Positions 38,430 through 47,803 of a DNA stretch of 64,000 nt are shown here, piece by piece. The position numbers were made by a program, and so were the translations under genes. Origin of the DNA: Spirochaetia bacterium (GTDB lineage Bacteria > Spirochaetota > Spirochaetia > WTKD01); contig OZ251568.1 in the NCBI GenBank assembly GCA_965243525.1, forward strand, positions 1,632,588 through 1,696,587, written 5' to 3'. The notes under the pieces are model-generated. The model worked only from the letters and a program-made list of their open reading frames with translations. It was not told the origin of the DNA and ran no database searches. The first letter of the stretch is position 1; each line of letters opens with the position of its first letter.

Positions 38430-38996
38430 TTATTCTTTCCACAGACTAATCGCGCCTTTGATCGCATTTATATTGCGTGCACTCGTCCAATCGAGGAGTC
38501 CAACACTCCTAAACACCGTTGATCCATCTGGATAGAGGAGATAGGCAGTTGGGTATGCTTCGATTTTGTTTTTACTTGCTGAGAGACCACTCAGATCTAG
38601 CGCATATGGAATTGTGTACTTGTTCTCTTCGATGAAGCTTTTGATGTGCGCTTGATCTTCTTGTACGAATATAAAAACCATGTTTAAGTCTTTGGGGAAA
38701 CTACGTTTGATGGATTCTAATTTTGGCAGTTCCTTTTGGCAGGCTGGGCACCACGATGCGCCGAAGGCAATCAACCAAAATTTGCCATTGTCTTCAAAAA
38801 CCGATGCATAGGCGCCTGATTCTCGCAATACTTCGATGTCTACGTAAGAATTCTGTGAAGTATCCGGAATATGATTAAATGCTGATTGAATTTCTTGCTT
38901 TTTTTCTTCGCTGTTCCCGAAGGCGGAAACAGGCAGTGCTGCTGTAATAAAAAAGGCAAGAACTAATACAGAAAGAAACGTATTTTTACACACCAT
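38430..38996 (-). CDS. TlpA/ResA-like periplasmic thiol-disulfide oxidoreductase (second paralog).
   Basis: Signal peptide and WCPACQKELP active site. Confidence 0.8.
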   Translation of the reverse strand: MVCKNTFLSVLVLAFFITAALPVSAFGNSEEKKQEIQSAFNHIPDTSQNSYVDIEVLRESGAYASVFEDNGKFWLIAFGASWCPACQKELPKLESIKRSFPKDLNMVFIFVQEDQAHIKSFIEENKYTIPYALDLSGLSASKNKIEAYPTAYLLYPDGSTVFRSVGLLDWTSARNINAIKGAISLWKE

Positions 38997-39068
38997 AGCA
39001 CGTATGATTGCACATTTTCTTCAATATGTATACACAGCGTTGTGATGTTCTTTTTACGTTTGGTGCAG

Positions 39069-39986
39069 CTAGATGCCTTGAAAGCGAAGATACCAAGATA
39101 ACCCGTGAATAATTGAGATAGAAGCAAAAAATTCCAGGAAAATCAGAGTTGCCAAGACTGCACTTATGCCTAGTTTGATATACCAGTGCGTCAATCGCTT
39201 TGAGATCAGAGTGAATACAATCCCAACACTATAGATTGCTGCAAGAATTATTGAAACAATCAAAGTATGCTCAGTATACAATTGAAGTATCTGCGAAGAG
39301 GCCCTGATAAGCAATCCATTCAATAATTTTATACGATCGAACAGAATTACAAGACCAAGAACCAAAAGAATAGTCCCAGTGATAATTTTGAGTGTCAAGA
39401 GATGTTTTTTGGAACGATGCACGAATGTATGCACCTTTGGATAGAAGAAAGATAGCAAGAGAAAGGGAATGCCTAATCCGATGCTGTACAACAACAACAA
39501 CAATATTGACCACGACAGAGATCCTTCTTGTGCAGCGAGCAGGAGGATGCTTGCGAGAATTGGCCCAATGCAAGGAGTCCATCCGGCTGAAAATGCCATG
39601 CCGATAGGGAATGCAGAGAAAAAGGACCGCGGCGGAGTGCCGGCAGTGGGGCGTTTTTCGTAATTTAGAAATGGAAAAATATTAAACAAGATGTGGAGCG
39701 CCAATAGGATGATGATGCTTCCGGAGATGATGTTCAAAATGCTAATCGGAAGAAAGGAGAGCCCTAGCGTGAATACTATACTCAGCGCGATGAAAATCAC
39801 GGTGAACCCAGCAATAAATCCAAGGCTTCGTATGATTAAAGTAGAACGAATTTTCTTTGACCATGGTTCTTTCATGAGCGACGAATCCATCAAAAAGGAA
39901 AGATAAGACGGAATCAAGGGAAGAACACAGGGGGAAAGGAATGATACCAGTCCTGCAAACAAGGCTAAAAATGGAGAAACGATCAC
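39069..39986 (-). CDS. ccdA: Cytochrome c-type biogenesis / disulfide reductant transfer protein CcdA (DsbD transmembrane domain family).
   Basis: FLSPCVLPLIPSYL motif, a second conserved Cys in GWTPCIGP, polytopic. Confidence 0.8.
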   Translation of the reverse strand: MIVSPFLALFAGLVSFLSPCVLPLIPSYLSFLMDSSLMKEPWSKKIRSTLIIRSLGFIAGFTVIFIALSIVFTLGLSFLPISILNIISGSIIILLALHILFNIFPFLNYEKRPTAGTPPRSFFSAFPIGMAFSAGWTPCIGPILASILLLAAQEGSLSWSILLLLLYSIGLGIPFLLLSFFYPKVHTFVHRSKKHLLTLKIITGTILLVLGLVILFDRIKLLNGLLIRASSQILQLYTEHTLIVSIILAAIYSVGIVFTLISKRLTHWYIKLGISAVLATLIFLEFFASISIIHGLSWYLRFQGI

Positions 39987-40633
39987 AGCGTATACCTCAC
40001 AAGTAATACTATATTATAAAAAACATGTGCAGTCAGCGAACTGAGCAAGTTTTTTGAATATGCGTTTATACCAAAAAAGAGTAATCCAGCAAAGAATGCG
40101 AAGATGCTTTGAGGGAAGGAATTGGCGCTATGCAATAGAGCGAACAAGAGGGATGAAAGGAAGGCGGTGCTCAGTGCTGTATACCCATAATACGCGAAAA
40201 TAGTTGCACTTATTCCTCGAAACACGAGTTCCTCAAGCAATGCTGCTAAGACAAGCGTACTACTAAACAGAAGCAAGTGATTGTGAATCGTTGGATTTTC
40301 AGGGGGTGCAAAAAGGTATATCTGTGCAAAAAAACAGAGGCCTCCTGCGATACATCCAAGGATAATTGCTCGATATGGTTTGTGGGTGAACTGTTTCCAT
40401 TGGATGAGTTTTTTGTGAAGATGCCGCGTAGCGATGCGTATTATCAAAGCAAAGAGGATAAGGCGGATCAAGGTACCACCAAACAGAGATATTTCGGGCT
40501 GCGTTGGTGAGAGAAGCATAATGAATTGTGGAAGGGGGAGCAAAAAGATGAGTAGAAACCCTGCAAAGGTATATGCGAGCATGTTTGATTTGTTCATACG
40601 AATGTATTGCACGATGAAGGCCTGGATTTTCAA
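39983..40633 (-). CDS. CPBP-family (CAAX/Abi) intramembrane glutamic metalloprotease.
   Basis: EELVFRG and FALLHS motifs within a polytopic protein. Overlaps ccdA by 4 nt. Confidence 0.75.
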   Translation of the reverse strand: MKIQAFIVQYIRMNKSNMLAYTFAGFLLIFLLPLPQFIMLLSPTQPEISLFGGTLIRLILFALIIRIATRHLHKKLIQWKQFTHKPYRAIILGCIAGGLCFFAQIYLFAPPENPTIHNHLLLFSSTLVLAALLEELVFRGISATIFAYYGYTALSTAFLSSLLFALLHSANSFPQSIFAFFAGLLFFGINAYSKNLLSSLTAHVFYNIVLLVRYTL

Positions 40634-42119
40634 AACAATACCGGCGATTCCTCCATCGTTCTACAGTGTACTGGTTATTGCGGTGGTTGTGTATGGCAAC
40701 TTCGCCATAGCAGCTTGTTTGCTCTTTTGTGTTGTGCTATCGATTGCGTGGATTATTTGGAGCTCGCAAGGTTCGAAACCACGTTCACGCACATCTATCC
40801 TTGTCTTTGTGCTGCTTGGCATGATCATCGCAACATATGTGCGCGTGTATACATATGCGCATCAATTGCGTTTTCCTGTTCATCCGGCTGATGTGGTTAT
40901 GCTCGAAGGGGTGTTAAAGAATGATGCCATATACAGTGGAAACAGATATGTTCGCCATGTTGTTTGGATAGAAGACATGCACACGCATCACGAGGTGCAC
41001 GCAGAGGCGACTGGATTTTTAGAAGTCTTTGCGCAGATCACTGACAGCGGATACCGAGGAGACAGAGTTATTCTGCATGGATATTTTTATGATAACACCG
41101 GAAGCACAGGTGAAAATTCTCGGGAATACACGCTGAACACAGGAAATACTTCAGACGATGCATCCCATTGGCGGTTTCGAGTAGATGACATCGAGATTCA
41201 TCCGGTAACACGAGGTATTGTAAAATATCGCAGGCGGTTGTTTCTTGCGATTTCGCAGCGTATTTCTGCATTGCCACCGCGTATTTCGGGATTATTGCAA
41301 TCTCTTTTTCTCGGAGACAGATCCTATCTTGATCCAATCATCGCAGATCGATTTCGAAAATCAGGCAATGCGCACGTTCTTGCTCTCTCGGGGATGCATC
41401 TTTCGTTGTTGTCGCTAGTGCTTACCTTGCTGTTTCAACTCTTTTTTAATCAACGAACTTCGTTGTGCATCGTGTTATGTGTGTTGACTGGATATTGCAT
41501 TTTGGTTGGACCGATCCCATCATTGGTACGCGCATACAGCATGATCTTTGTGTTTTGCCTTGCACGATTGGGGAGGGTTGTTCCGCGCTTATCGATGGTG
41601 TTTTTCATATCCTTTGCGCTCTGTGCGATAGTCTATCCACGCCTGATCTATGAAATATCGTTCATGCTCTCGAGCCTTGCGATTCTAGGTTTTGTCGTAT
41701 TCTTAAAGCCTGTTGCATCATTGCTAAAACGATATCTTCCGCAGGTGATTGCAACAGCATTCAGTGCGAGCATAGCTCCTATTGTCGCGTCTGCGCCAAT
41801 TGTCTTATACAGTTTTGGTCATATCTATACTGGCGGCATAGTAGTGAGCGTTGTATTAGGAGGGGTTATCAGCGTGTTCTTGGTTGTTGGTATCGTCTAT
41901 ATTTTATTCCCCTCGATGCCATTGCTTCCAATTCTTCTTGAATGGTTATACTTTCTTTCGTTGGACATCATCGGCATTGGTCAGTTATTTCCGGCCATCA
42001 ATTGGAAATGGTTCATCGGGTGTCTGGTTGGTGGTGCGGTGGTCTATGGGTGTGATCGCTGGGCATTTCACAAAAAATCACAGCGGTTTGCTCAAGTGAT
42101 GCTCTATCCCAAAACCTAA
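40581..42119 (+). CDS. comEC: ComEC/Rec2-family membrane protein (DNA internalization-related competence protein). It appears to lack the C-terminal metallo-beta-lactamase domain.
   Basis: ALSGMHLSLL competence-domain motif; polytopic. The start is uncertain: the track ORF begins at 40434, overlapping the divergent CPBP gene. Confidence 0.65.
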   Translation: MFDLFIRMYCTMKAWIFKTIPAIPPSFYSVLVIAVVVYGNFAIAACLLFCVVLSIAWIIWSSQGSKPRSRTSILVFVLLGMIIATYVRVYTYAHQLRFPVHPADVVMLEGVLKNDAIYSGNRYVRHVVWIEDMHTHHEVHAEATGFLEVFAQITDSGYRGDRVILHGYFYDNTGSTGENSREYTLNTGNTSDDASHWRFRVDDIEIHPVTRGIVKYRRRLFLAISQRISALPPRISGLLQSLFLGDRSYLDPIIADRFRKSGNAHVLALSGMHLSLLSLVLTLLFQLFFNQRTSLCIVLCVLTGYCILVGPIPSLVRAYSMIFVFCLARLGRVVPRLSMVFFISFALCAIVYPRLIYEISFMLSSLAILGFVVFLKPVASLLKRYLPQVIATAFSASIAPIVASAPIVLYSFGHIYTGGIVVSVVLGGVISVFLVVGIVYILFPSMPLLPILLEWLYFLSLDIIGIGQLFPAINWKWFIGCLVGGAVVYGCDRWAFHKKSQRFAQVMLYPKT

Positions 42120-42153
42120 TAGCAGATATCTAGTATACTGTTTGCGAGGAATA

Positions 42154-42969
42154 ATGCAGCTTCATAAGCGTAGCCATCTTGGACAACATTTTTTGAGCGA
42201 TACACATTATCGCAGGGTATTTCTCGGCGGCATTGATTCAACGACGAAGCATAGTCAGAAATCTTTGCGTATTTGGGATATGGGCGCAGGATCGGGACTG
42301 ATCTCCTCTGAACTCTTGGAGCAGGGGCATGTCGTCCATTTGTTTGAATATGATCATCGGTGGTGTGCATATTTACGTGAGCAGTTTGCAGGAGCAATCA
42401 AGGACAACCGATGTAGCATCATTCCAGGGGATATGTGCAAGACATGGCGGGGTATGAGCATACCCGATTGCATTGTGGGTAATTTTCCTTTTGATGTGGG
42501 TATTCCCTTTATTATGCAGTTTACTGAACAGGCGGAAAAACTGATGCCAATACATGCGATACTTCAAAAAGAATTGGTAGATCGCATCTGTGCATCCCCA
42601 CATACCAAGGATTATAGCGCTGTTTCGGTATATCTTCAGATGTTTTATCGCACAACACGTAGGATGGCCATACCCCCTGGAGCATTTTCTCCACCTCCAC
42701 GTGTGCGCTGTGCCAGCCTGTCCTTGCTGCCATATGAACATGCCGAATTGTTTGATTACCGGGCAGAGGTCTTAACAATTCTCAAGACAGGGTTTTCCAA
42801 AAGAAGAAAGACATTACGTAATAATTTTAGACAAGACAAGGCAGAACCATGTTATGTATCAGATTTTCCTATTGATCGGCCTATTGCTCTGAAGCGAGCA
42901 GAAGAGTTGAATCTTGACCAGTGGAAGACGATCTGCAAAACGATGCTTTTCGAAAACTCTGCGATGTGA
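42154..42969 (+). CDS. rsmA: 16S rRNA (adenine1518/1519-N6)-dimethyltransferase RsmA/KsgA.
   Basis: HLGQHFLSD and the SAM-binding DMGAGSG motif. ATG at 42154; the track start at 42142 is TTG. Confidence 0.85.
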   Translation: MQLHKRSHLGQHFLSDTHYRRVFLGGIDSTTKHSQKSLRIWDMGAGSGLISSELLEQGHVVHLFEYDHRWCAYLREQFAGAIKDNRCSIIPGDMCKTWRGMSIPDCIVGNFPFDVGIPFIMQFTEQAEKLMPIHAILQKELVDRICASPHTKDYSAVSVYLQMFYRTTRRMAIPPGAFSPPPRVRCASLSLLPYEHAELFDYRAEVLTILKTGFSKRRKTLRNNFRQDKAEPCYVSDFPIDRPIALKRAEELNLDQWKTICKTMLFENSAM

Positions 42970-43014
42970 GTGCGAGAAAAGCGACGGCCTTTATCAGCTA
43001 ACAGAATCAAAAGT

Positions 43015-43890
43015 CTATACGAGTGATAGTGATGTTAGCACTGCTTTTACTGCCTGCTTTTTTTCTTTTGAAAGTTCACTGAGGGGCAGGCGATAGGATT
43101 CTTTGCAGCAGTTCATCTCTGCCAGGGCATATTTCACAGGTATTGGGTTTGAATCACAAAACAAAATGGAAAAGAGTGGAAAAAGTCGATGGTGCAGAGT
43201 CCGTGCTTTTTCAAGATGGCCGTGTAGTATTGCGTTGATCATTTGTGACATCAGCTTGGGGACAACATTGCTGGCAACTGAAATCACCCCATTTCCTCCT
43301 AATGCACAGAGCATAAATGCAGAATCGTCGTTTCCACTTAACACTGAAAACCCTTCAGGCCTTCTCATGATTAAATCTGATATCTTTATAAGATCACCGC
43401 TTGCTTCTTTCACCGCAACGATGTTGTCATGATCTGCCAAGCGAAGGATGGTCTCGTTGTCTATAGATCCACCAGTACGCCCCGGTACATTGTAGAGAAT
43501 AATAGGTAATGTGCAGGAATCTGCAATGGTGACAAAATGTCTGTACAACCCTTCCTGGTTTGGTTTGTTGTAATAGGGACACACCTGAAGGCTATACGAA
43601 GCGCCGATATCGGCAGCATGTTTGGTCATCTCAACTGCCTCAGCCGTTGAGTTTGACCCGGTTCCCGCAATGACAGAGATCTGTCCACGAGCAGCATCAA
43701 CCACTTGCTTAACAATATCTATGTTTTCTTTGTGGGTGACTGTTGGGCTTTCGCCAGTTGTGCCAACCGCAACTATTCCATCGATGCCCTGTTCAATTTG
43801 ATCATGCACCAGGGCAGTAAGCGTATTATAATCTAGAGAGCCATCCTCGTTGAATGGCGTAACAATTGCTGTATAGGTTCCTGAAATCAT
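43015..43890 (-). CDS. dapA: 4-hydroxy-tetrahydrodipicolinate synthase.
   Basis: MISGTYTAIVTPF...GIVAVGTTGE motifs; GGAGG RBS. Confidence 0.9.
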   Translation of the reverse strand: MISGTYTAIVTPFNEDGSLDYNTLTALVHDQIEQGIDGIVAVGTTGESPTVTHKENIDIVKQVVDAARGQISVIAGTGSNSTAEAVEMTKHAADIGASYSLQVCPYYNKPNQEGLYRHFVTIADSCTLPIILYNVPGRTGGSIDNETILRLADHDNIVAVKEASGDLIKISDLIMRRPEGFSVLSGNDDSAFMLCALGGNGVISVASNVVPKLMSQMINAILHGHLEKARTLHHRLFPLFSILFCDSNPIPVKYALAEMNCCKESYRLPLSELSKEKKQAVKAVLTSLSLV

Positions 43891-43919
43891 AAGTATACAT
43901 CCTCCTTAATTTATATCAA

Positions 43920-44663
43920 TTAGATAGACAGAATATCACGCATACAGTCATCAATCGTGTAAAATCCGGGCTCTTTCGTGCAAATCCATCGTGCCGCATA
44001 GAGAGCTCCCAATGCAAAACCATTGCGATTGCGCGCAGTATGGGTGATTGCAATGCTATCAACGGAACTATCGGCGGTTATCGTATGCGTGCCAGGAATT
44101 GTTCCACCCCGAGTTGCAGTTACATGGAGTGTTTCCGGAGAAATAGCCGCCTGCAGGGATTCAGAAGAAATGTTTGTTTTTCGATCAAGTGCAGCGAGCA
44201 TTGCCTGTGCAATACTCAAAGCGGTTCCTGAAGGGCTATCTTGCTTCAATCGGTGGTGGTATTCGTGCAGCATAATATCATAATCCGGAACGTTGTTGAT
44301 ACATTGAGCGAGATGGGTCGCAAGTGAGGAAAGGATATAGGCTCCGATAGAATAGTTGCTTGCCCAGATATAGGGTGCTGAAAGCGTTTGCATTTCTTGA
44401 AGTCTCTCGGCAGGATTCCATCCTGTTGTTCCAACTACTGCTGGAATTCCATGCTCACTGTAATAGGCAAGGTGTTGCTTCACCGCATCCGGATGAGAAA
44501 ATTCAATAACGACATCGGCTTGGGCCCGGTGTTCTGGGAGCAGTTTTTGTGCACTTGCCTCAGGATCACGGGGGTCGATGCTCTGGACAATGCTGTCTTC
44601 TCCTGCAACAAGAGAAGCAATCGCCTTTCCCATACGACCATAACCACAAAGGATGATATTCAT
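43920..44663 (-). CDS. dapB: 4-hydroxy-tetrahydrodipicolinate reductase.
   Basis: MNIILCGYGRMGKAI Rossmann N-terminus; size; adjacent to dapA. Confidence 0.85.
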   Translation of the reverse strand: MNIILCGYGRMGKAIASLVAGEDSIVQSIDPRDPEASAQKLLPEHRAQADVVIEFSHPDAVKQHLAYYSEHGIPAVVGTTGWNPAERLQEMQTLSAPYIWASNYSIGAYILSSLATHLAQCINNVPDYDIMLHEYHHRLKQDSPSGTALSIAQAMLAALDRKTNISSESLQAAISPETLHVTATRGGTIPGTHTITADSSVDSIAITHTARNRNGFALGALYAARWICTKEPGFYTIDDCMRDILSI

Positions 44664-44750
44664 AAATAACGATGGATATATACTCTGTATCTGTCAAGTG
44701 CTGTGTGTGCTCTGGTATTCAAAATGAGATAGGTTGCATACAATAGGTGC

Positions 44751-45524
44751 ATGGTCGTTGGCGTATATGGATGTGGCAGATTTGGTAGCCTTTGGGCACG
44801 TATTCTTTCTGAACGTCACGAGGTCATTGCGGTTGATCCATATAAAAACACCGGCGGAGAAGAGCAGGAACCACCTCTGCAACCAGTGAATGCATTATCT
44901 TCTTGTGAGCTTGTCTTCTTATGTGTGCCAATATCCGCAATTGGAAGAGCTGTTCAGGAGATACACGCACATATAGGACCAAGATGCATCGTGGCTGATA
45001 CGTGTTCAGTGAAAGAATACCCCTTGCGTCGGTTAGAGGAGCTGCTCCCTGCATCCACAGCGATTATTGGAACGCATCCACTTTTTGGTCCTGATTCATA
45101 TGCAAGTGACCACGCATTGCACATCGTGTTGTGTCGCTATCGTGCGACCGATACTGAATTCAGAATCTTTAAATCTTGCCTCGATATGTTTTCGTTTGTA
45201 TTAGATGAAATGAGCCCCAATGAACACGACACCCTCATGGCGCATACACAGTGCATAACACATCTGGTGGGAAGAATTCTTGGAAAGCAACTGCTTCCGA
45301 AAAATGACCACACGACCAAGGGATATCACGCATTGCTTGAACTCGTACAACAAACAGACAACGATACTGAGGAGTTGTTTTTTGATATGCATATGTATAA
45401 TCCATATACTACTAACGTGCGAAAACAATTTTTACAAGCGACAGCTGATATTATCCAATTGATTGACATCAAACAGAAAAGTATACTGCAATTACAAGAT
45501 GGCGAAACAAAAAAAACAAGATAA
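44751..45524 (+). CDS. tyrA: Prephenate/arogenate dehydrogenase family protein.
   Basis: GVYGCGRFG NAD-binding motif and a THPLFGP catalytic region. Confidence 0.7.
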   Translation: MVVGVYGCGRFGSLWARILSERHEVIAVDPYKNTGGEEQEPPLQPVNALSSCELVFLCVPISAIGRAVQEIHAHIGPRCIVADTCSVKEYPLRRLEELLPASTAIIGTHPLFGPDSYASDHALHIVLCRYRATDTEFRIFKSCLDMFSFVLDEMSPNEHDTLMAHTQCITHLVGRILGKQLLPKNDHTTKGYHALLELVQQTDNDTEELFFDMHMYNPYTTNVRKQFLQATADIIQLIDIKQKSILQLQDGETKKTR

Positions 45525-45855
45525 CAATACGATTGAAACACTCTTTGCATCAGATTTTGTATTCAAGGGCAGCGTGCATAGTGAGGAAGTTGTTCTTGTG
45601 CAGGGCGCGATTGAAGGAACGATTGATTCATCGGTTGAAGTATATGTAAGCAAGCATGCAGACATAGAAGCCGATATTAGCGCAAAAAGTGTCATCACCT
45701 ATGGAACCATTCGAGGCAAGGTGCACGCACGAGATGCAATTGAAATATACAAATCGGCGAAAACAATCGGCGACGTACAAGCCAATGTTATTACAATCCA
45801 AAAAGGCGCTGAGCTACAGGGTAGTTACAGCATAGGAGGTGTTAGTTCGACATGA
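45499..45855 (+). CDS. Bactofilin (polymer-forming cytoskeletal protein).
   Basis: Beta-helical repeat pattern FKGSVHSEEVVLVQGAIEGTIDSSVEVYVSKHADIEADI...ITYGTIRGKVHA...GDVQANVITIQKGAELQGS. ATG at 45499 (MAKQKKQ) overlaps the tyrA end. Confidence 0.8.
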   Translation: MAKQKKQDNNTIETLFASDFVFKGSVHSEEVVLVQGAIEGTIDSSVEVYVSKHADIEADISAKSVITYGTIRGKVHARDAIEIYKSAKTIGDVQANVITIQKGAELQGSYSIGGVSST

Positions 45856-46517
45856 TACGGTTCTCTCGTAGTATGGCATGGGTATTGCTCATATTCGGAA
45901 TGCAGATTTTTGCTCAGAACGATGCTCAAGATCAGAATCCTCCTGAACAGAATCAGGAAGAGCGCCAAGATGCCTTGCAATTATACCGTAACAGGCAGTA
46001 TGCAGCTGCAATCAGGGTAACCGAACAAGAAGTGACTGCTGACCCACAAAATATGGATGCCTATACGGTTATGGGGTGGAGCTTGCTCGCGCTCCGGCGA
46101 TACGACCAAGCCATTGAATGGATGCAGAAGGCTCGCAACGTCAATGGTTTTGACAGCCGAATAGTGTATATCCTTGCAGAGGCACAGTATGCTTTGTCTA
46201 ATTTTGCACAGATGATTGAAGAAGGGATCCGCTATCTGCGATTAACTCCCAACGGGAGCTATATTGATCAGATTCATTATTTCATGGGGATCAGCTATCG
46301 TGAATTAGGATATACCAAAAAAGCAGAGATCAGCCTTAGTGCAGCAACGTATTACAATGATTCTGCAGCATCGTGGTGGGAACAGTTAGGACTCTTGCGA
46401 GAATTGCTTGACGATGATACTGGTGCAATAGAAGCATTTGAGCAATCCTTATCCTTGGATGGAACAAGGGGTATAGCCCAAGAGGCACTTGCAAGACTGC
46501 AAGTGCAGAGAAATTAA
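45852..46517 (+). CDS. Secreted TPR-repeat protein.
   Basis: Signal peptide (MIRFSRSMAWVLLIFGMQIFAQ); TPR-like repeats (YAAAIRV...AYTVMGWSLLALRRYDQAIEWMQKA). Confidence 0.65.
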   Translation: MIRFSRSMAWVLLIFGMQIFAQNDAQDQNPPEQNQEERQDALQLYRNRQYAAAIRVTEQEVTADPQNMDAYTVMGWSLLALRRYDQAIEWMQKARNVNGFDSRIVYILAEAQYALSNFAQMIEEGIRYLRLTPNGSYIDQIHYFMGISYRELGYTKKAEISLSAATYYNDSAASWWEQLGLLRELLDDDTGAIEAFEQSLSLDGTRGIAQEALARLQVQRN

Positions 46518-46559
46518 TATTGACAGCAGGACGTCGACAACGGTATACTGTTGCCGTGC

Positions 46560-46632
46560 GGGCCGCTAGCTCAGTTGGTAGAGCGACGCCCTTTTAAGGC
46601 GAAGGTCACAGGTTCGAACCCTGTGCGGCTCA
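46560..46632 (+). tRNA. tRNA-Lys (anticodon TTT).
   Basis: Cloverleaf: acceptor GGGCCGC/GCGGCTC, D-arm GCTCAGTTGGTAGAGC, anticodon loop CTTTTAA, T-arm GGTTCGAACC. No encoded CCA. Confidence 0.9.
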
Positions 46633-46668
46633 AGTAGTTTGAAAGACCAGTAACAGACTATAGTATTT

Positions 46669-46740
46669 GTCTCCTTCGTCTAGTGGTCAGGACTCTGGGT
46701 TTTCAGTCCAGCAACAGGGGTTCGACTCCCCTAGGAGATA
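46669..46740 (+). tRNA. tRNA-Glu (anticodon TTC).
   Basis: GTCTCCTTCGTCTAGTGGTCAGGAC...TTTTCAG...GGGGTTCGACTCCCCTAGGAGATA is similar to canonical bacterial tRNA-Glu. No encoded CCA. Confidence 0.9.
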
Positions 46741-46741
46741 T

Positions 46742-47803
46742 ATGGACCATACATCTTTTTGTGTTCGGTTTTCAGATATTGATATGAGTCTACGTGATTC
46801 AGATCAGGTTTTCATCGACTCAATTGAATCACTCTATACGCGGGCGATGCAATGCATGGCCCAAATGAACACCTCTTCAAAGAATACCGAAAAAAATAAA
46901 CAAGAACTTATTGATCTATACGGTGAAATCGGCAAGCAGATGCAACAATTTGTATCTGATGACAGCCGTATTCACGTATACTCGTTTAAAACTCCAAGAG
47001 ATCTGCATGCAGAAGCCTCATATCTTATTTCAAAAATGAGAAACCATGCTACGAACAACGAGGAATTTGTGTATTTTACTCAACGGGCATACGAACTCTT
47101 GTTTAATTTTTCTTTTTTGCATCCAGCACAGAGCAAAAAAAACTATTTTATAGTTCCCACTCCCGTAGATAGCCCCGTGCAAAACCTTGCGGTGCACAAG
47201 GTCCCCGATGTGGATGATGAAATTCGCGATACCGCCATGTGCGTGATGTTGCGTGGTGCCTTGCTGCCATCGATGATTATGTCGAAGGCAATTCAAGAGT
47301 ATAGCTCAACGTCCTATGTAACTCCTTTTTCATTGTTTAAGATTCAGCGAGATGAGCGTGAGAATGATGCTCTTGCCTATACAGTAAATCTGGAATCCAG
47401 TTTTTTTAAAGCTGCTGATTTGCATGACAGACATCTCATTGTCGCGGATCCTATGAATGCAACGGGAGGAAGTCTTATTACGATAATACGCTACCTAGAG
47501 CAGCAACAGATCAAACCACGTTCAATTCGATTGTTTACGGTTATTTCTGCGCTGCGAGGTGTTATGCATATACTCCGAAACATTGAAGGAATTCAGATTT
47601 ATACATTGTGGATGGATCCCATGCTCAACGAGCGATCTTATATCATGCCAGGACTTGGTGATGCCGGAGATCGTATAAATGGACAAGATAATGAAACTGA
47701 ACCAAGAAATATTATTCAGCTTATTGCAGATTATGGATTAACAATAAATAATCTATATAGGGCGCAGGTGAAAGCAATTGAAAAATGTGTATTTAAAGGT
47801 TAA
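46742..47803 (+). CDS. upp: Uracil phosphoribosyltransferase-like protein with an N-terminal extension of about 75 aa, internal insertions and a C-terminal extension.
   Basis: IVADPMNATGGS (PRPP-binding) and the C-terminal YIMPGLGDAGDR motif match the Upp hallmarks (DPMLATGGS / IIPGLGDAGDK); CVMLRGALLP is similar to VPILRAGLGM. The first ATG lies 2 nt after tRNA-Glu; the track ORF extends upstream into the tRNA. Confidence 0.7.
   Translation: MDHTSFCVRFSDIDMSLRDSDQVFIDSIESLYTRAMQCMAQMNTSSKNTEKNKQELIDLYGEIGKQMQQFVSDDSRIHVYSFKTPRDLHAEASYLISKMRNHATNNEEFVYFTQRAYELLFNFSFLHPAQSKKNYFIVPTPVDSPVQNLAVHKVPDVDDEIRDTAMCVMLRGALLPSMIMSKAIQEYSSTSYVTPFSLFKIQRDERENDALAYTVNLESSFFKAADLHDRHLIVADPMNATGGSLITIIRYLEQQQIKPRSIRLFTVISALRGVMHILRNIEGIQIYTLWMDPMLNERSYIMPGLGDAGDRINGQDNETEPRNIIQLIADYGLTINNLYRAQVKAIEKCVFKG

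Noticed and set aside
40434-40580. An N-terminal extension of the ComEC ORF (MRIIKAKRIRRIK...).
   Set aside because: It overlaps the 5' end of the divergent CPBP gene. A downstream Met immediately precedes the first transmembrane segment.
46667-46741. An upstream extension of the upp-like ORF (the track start at 46667).
   Set aside because: The extension would be translated through tRNA-Glu. The first in-frame ATG is just downstream of the tRNA.
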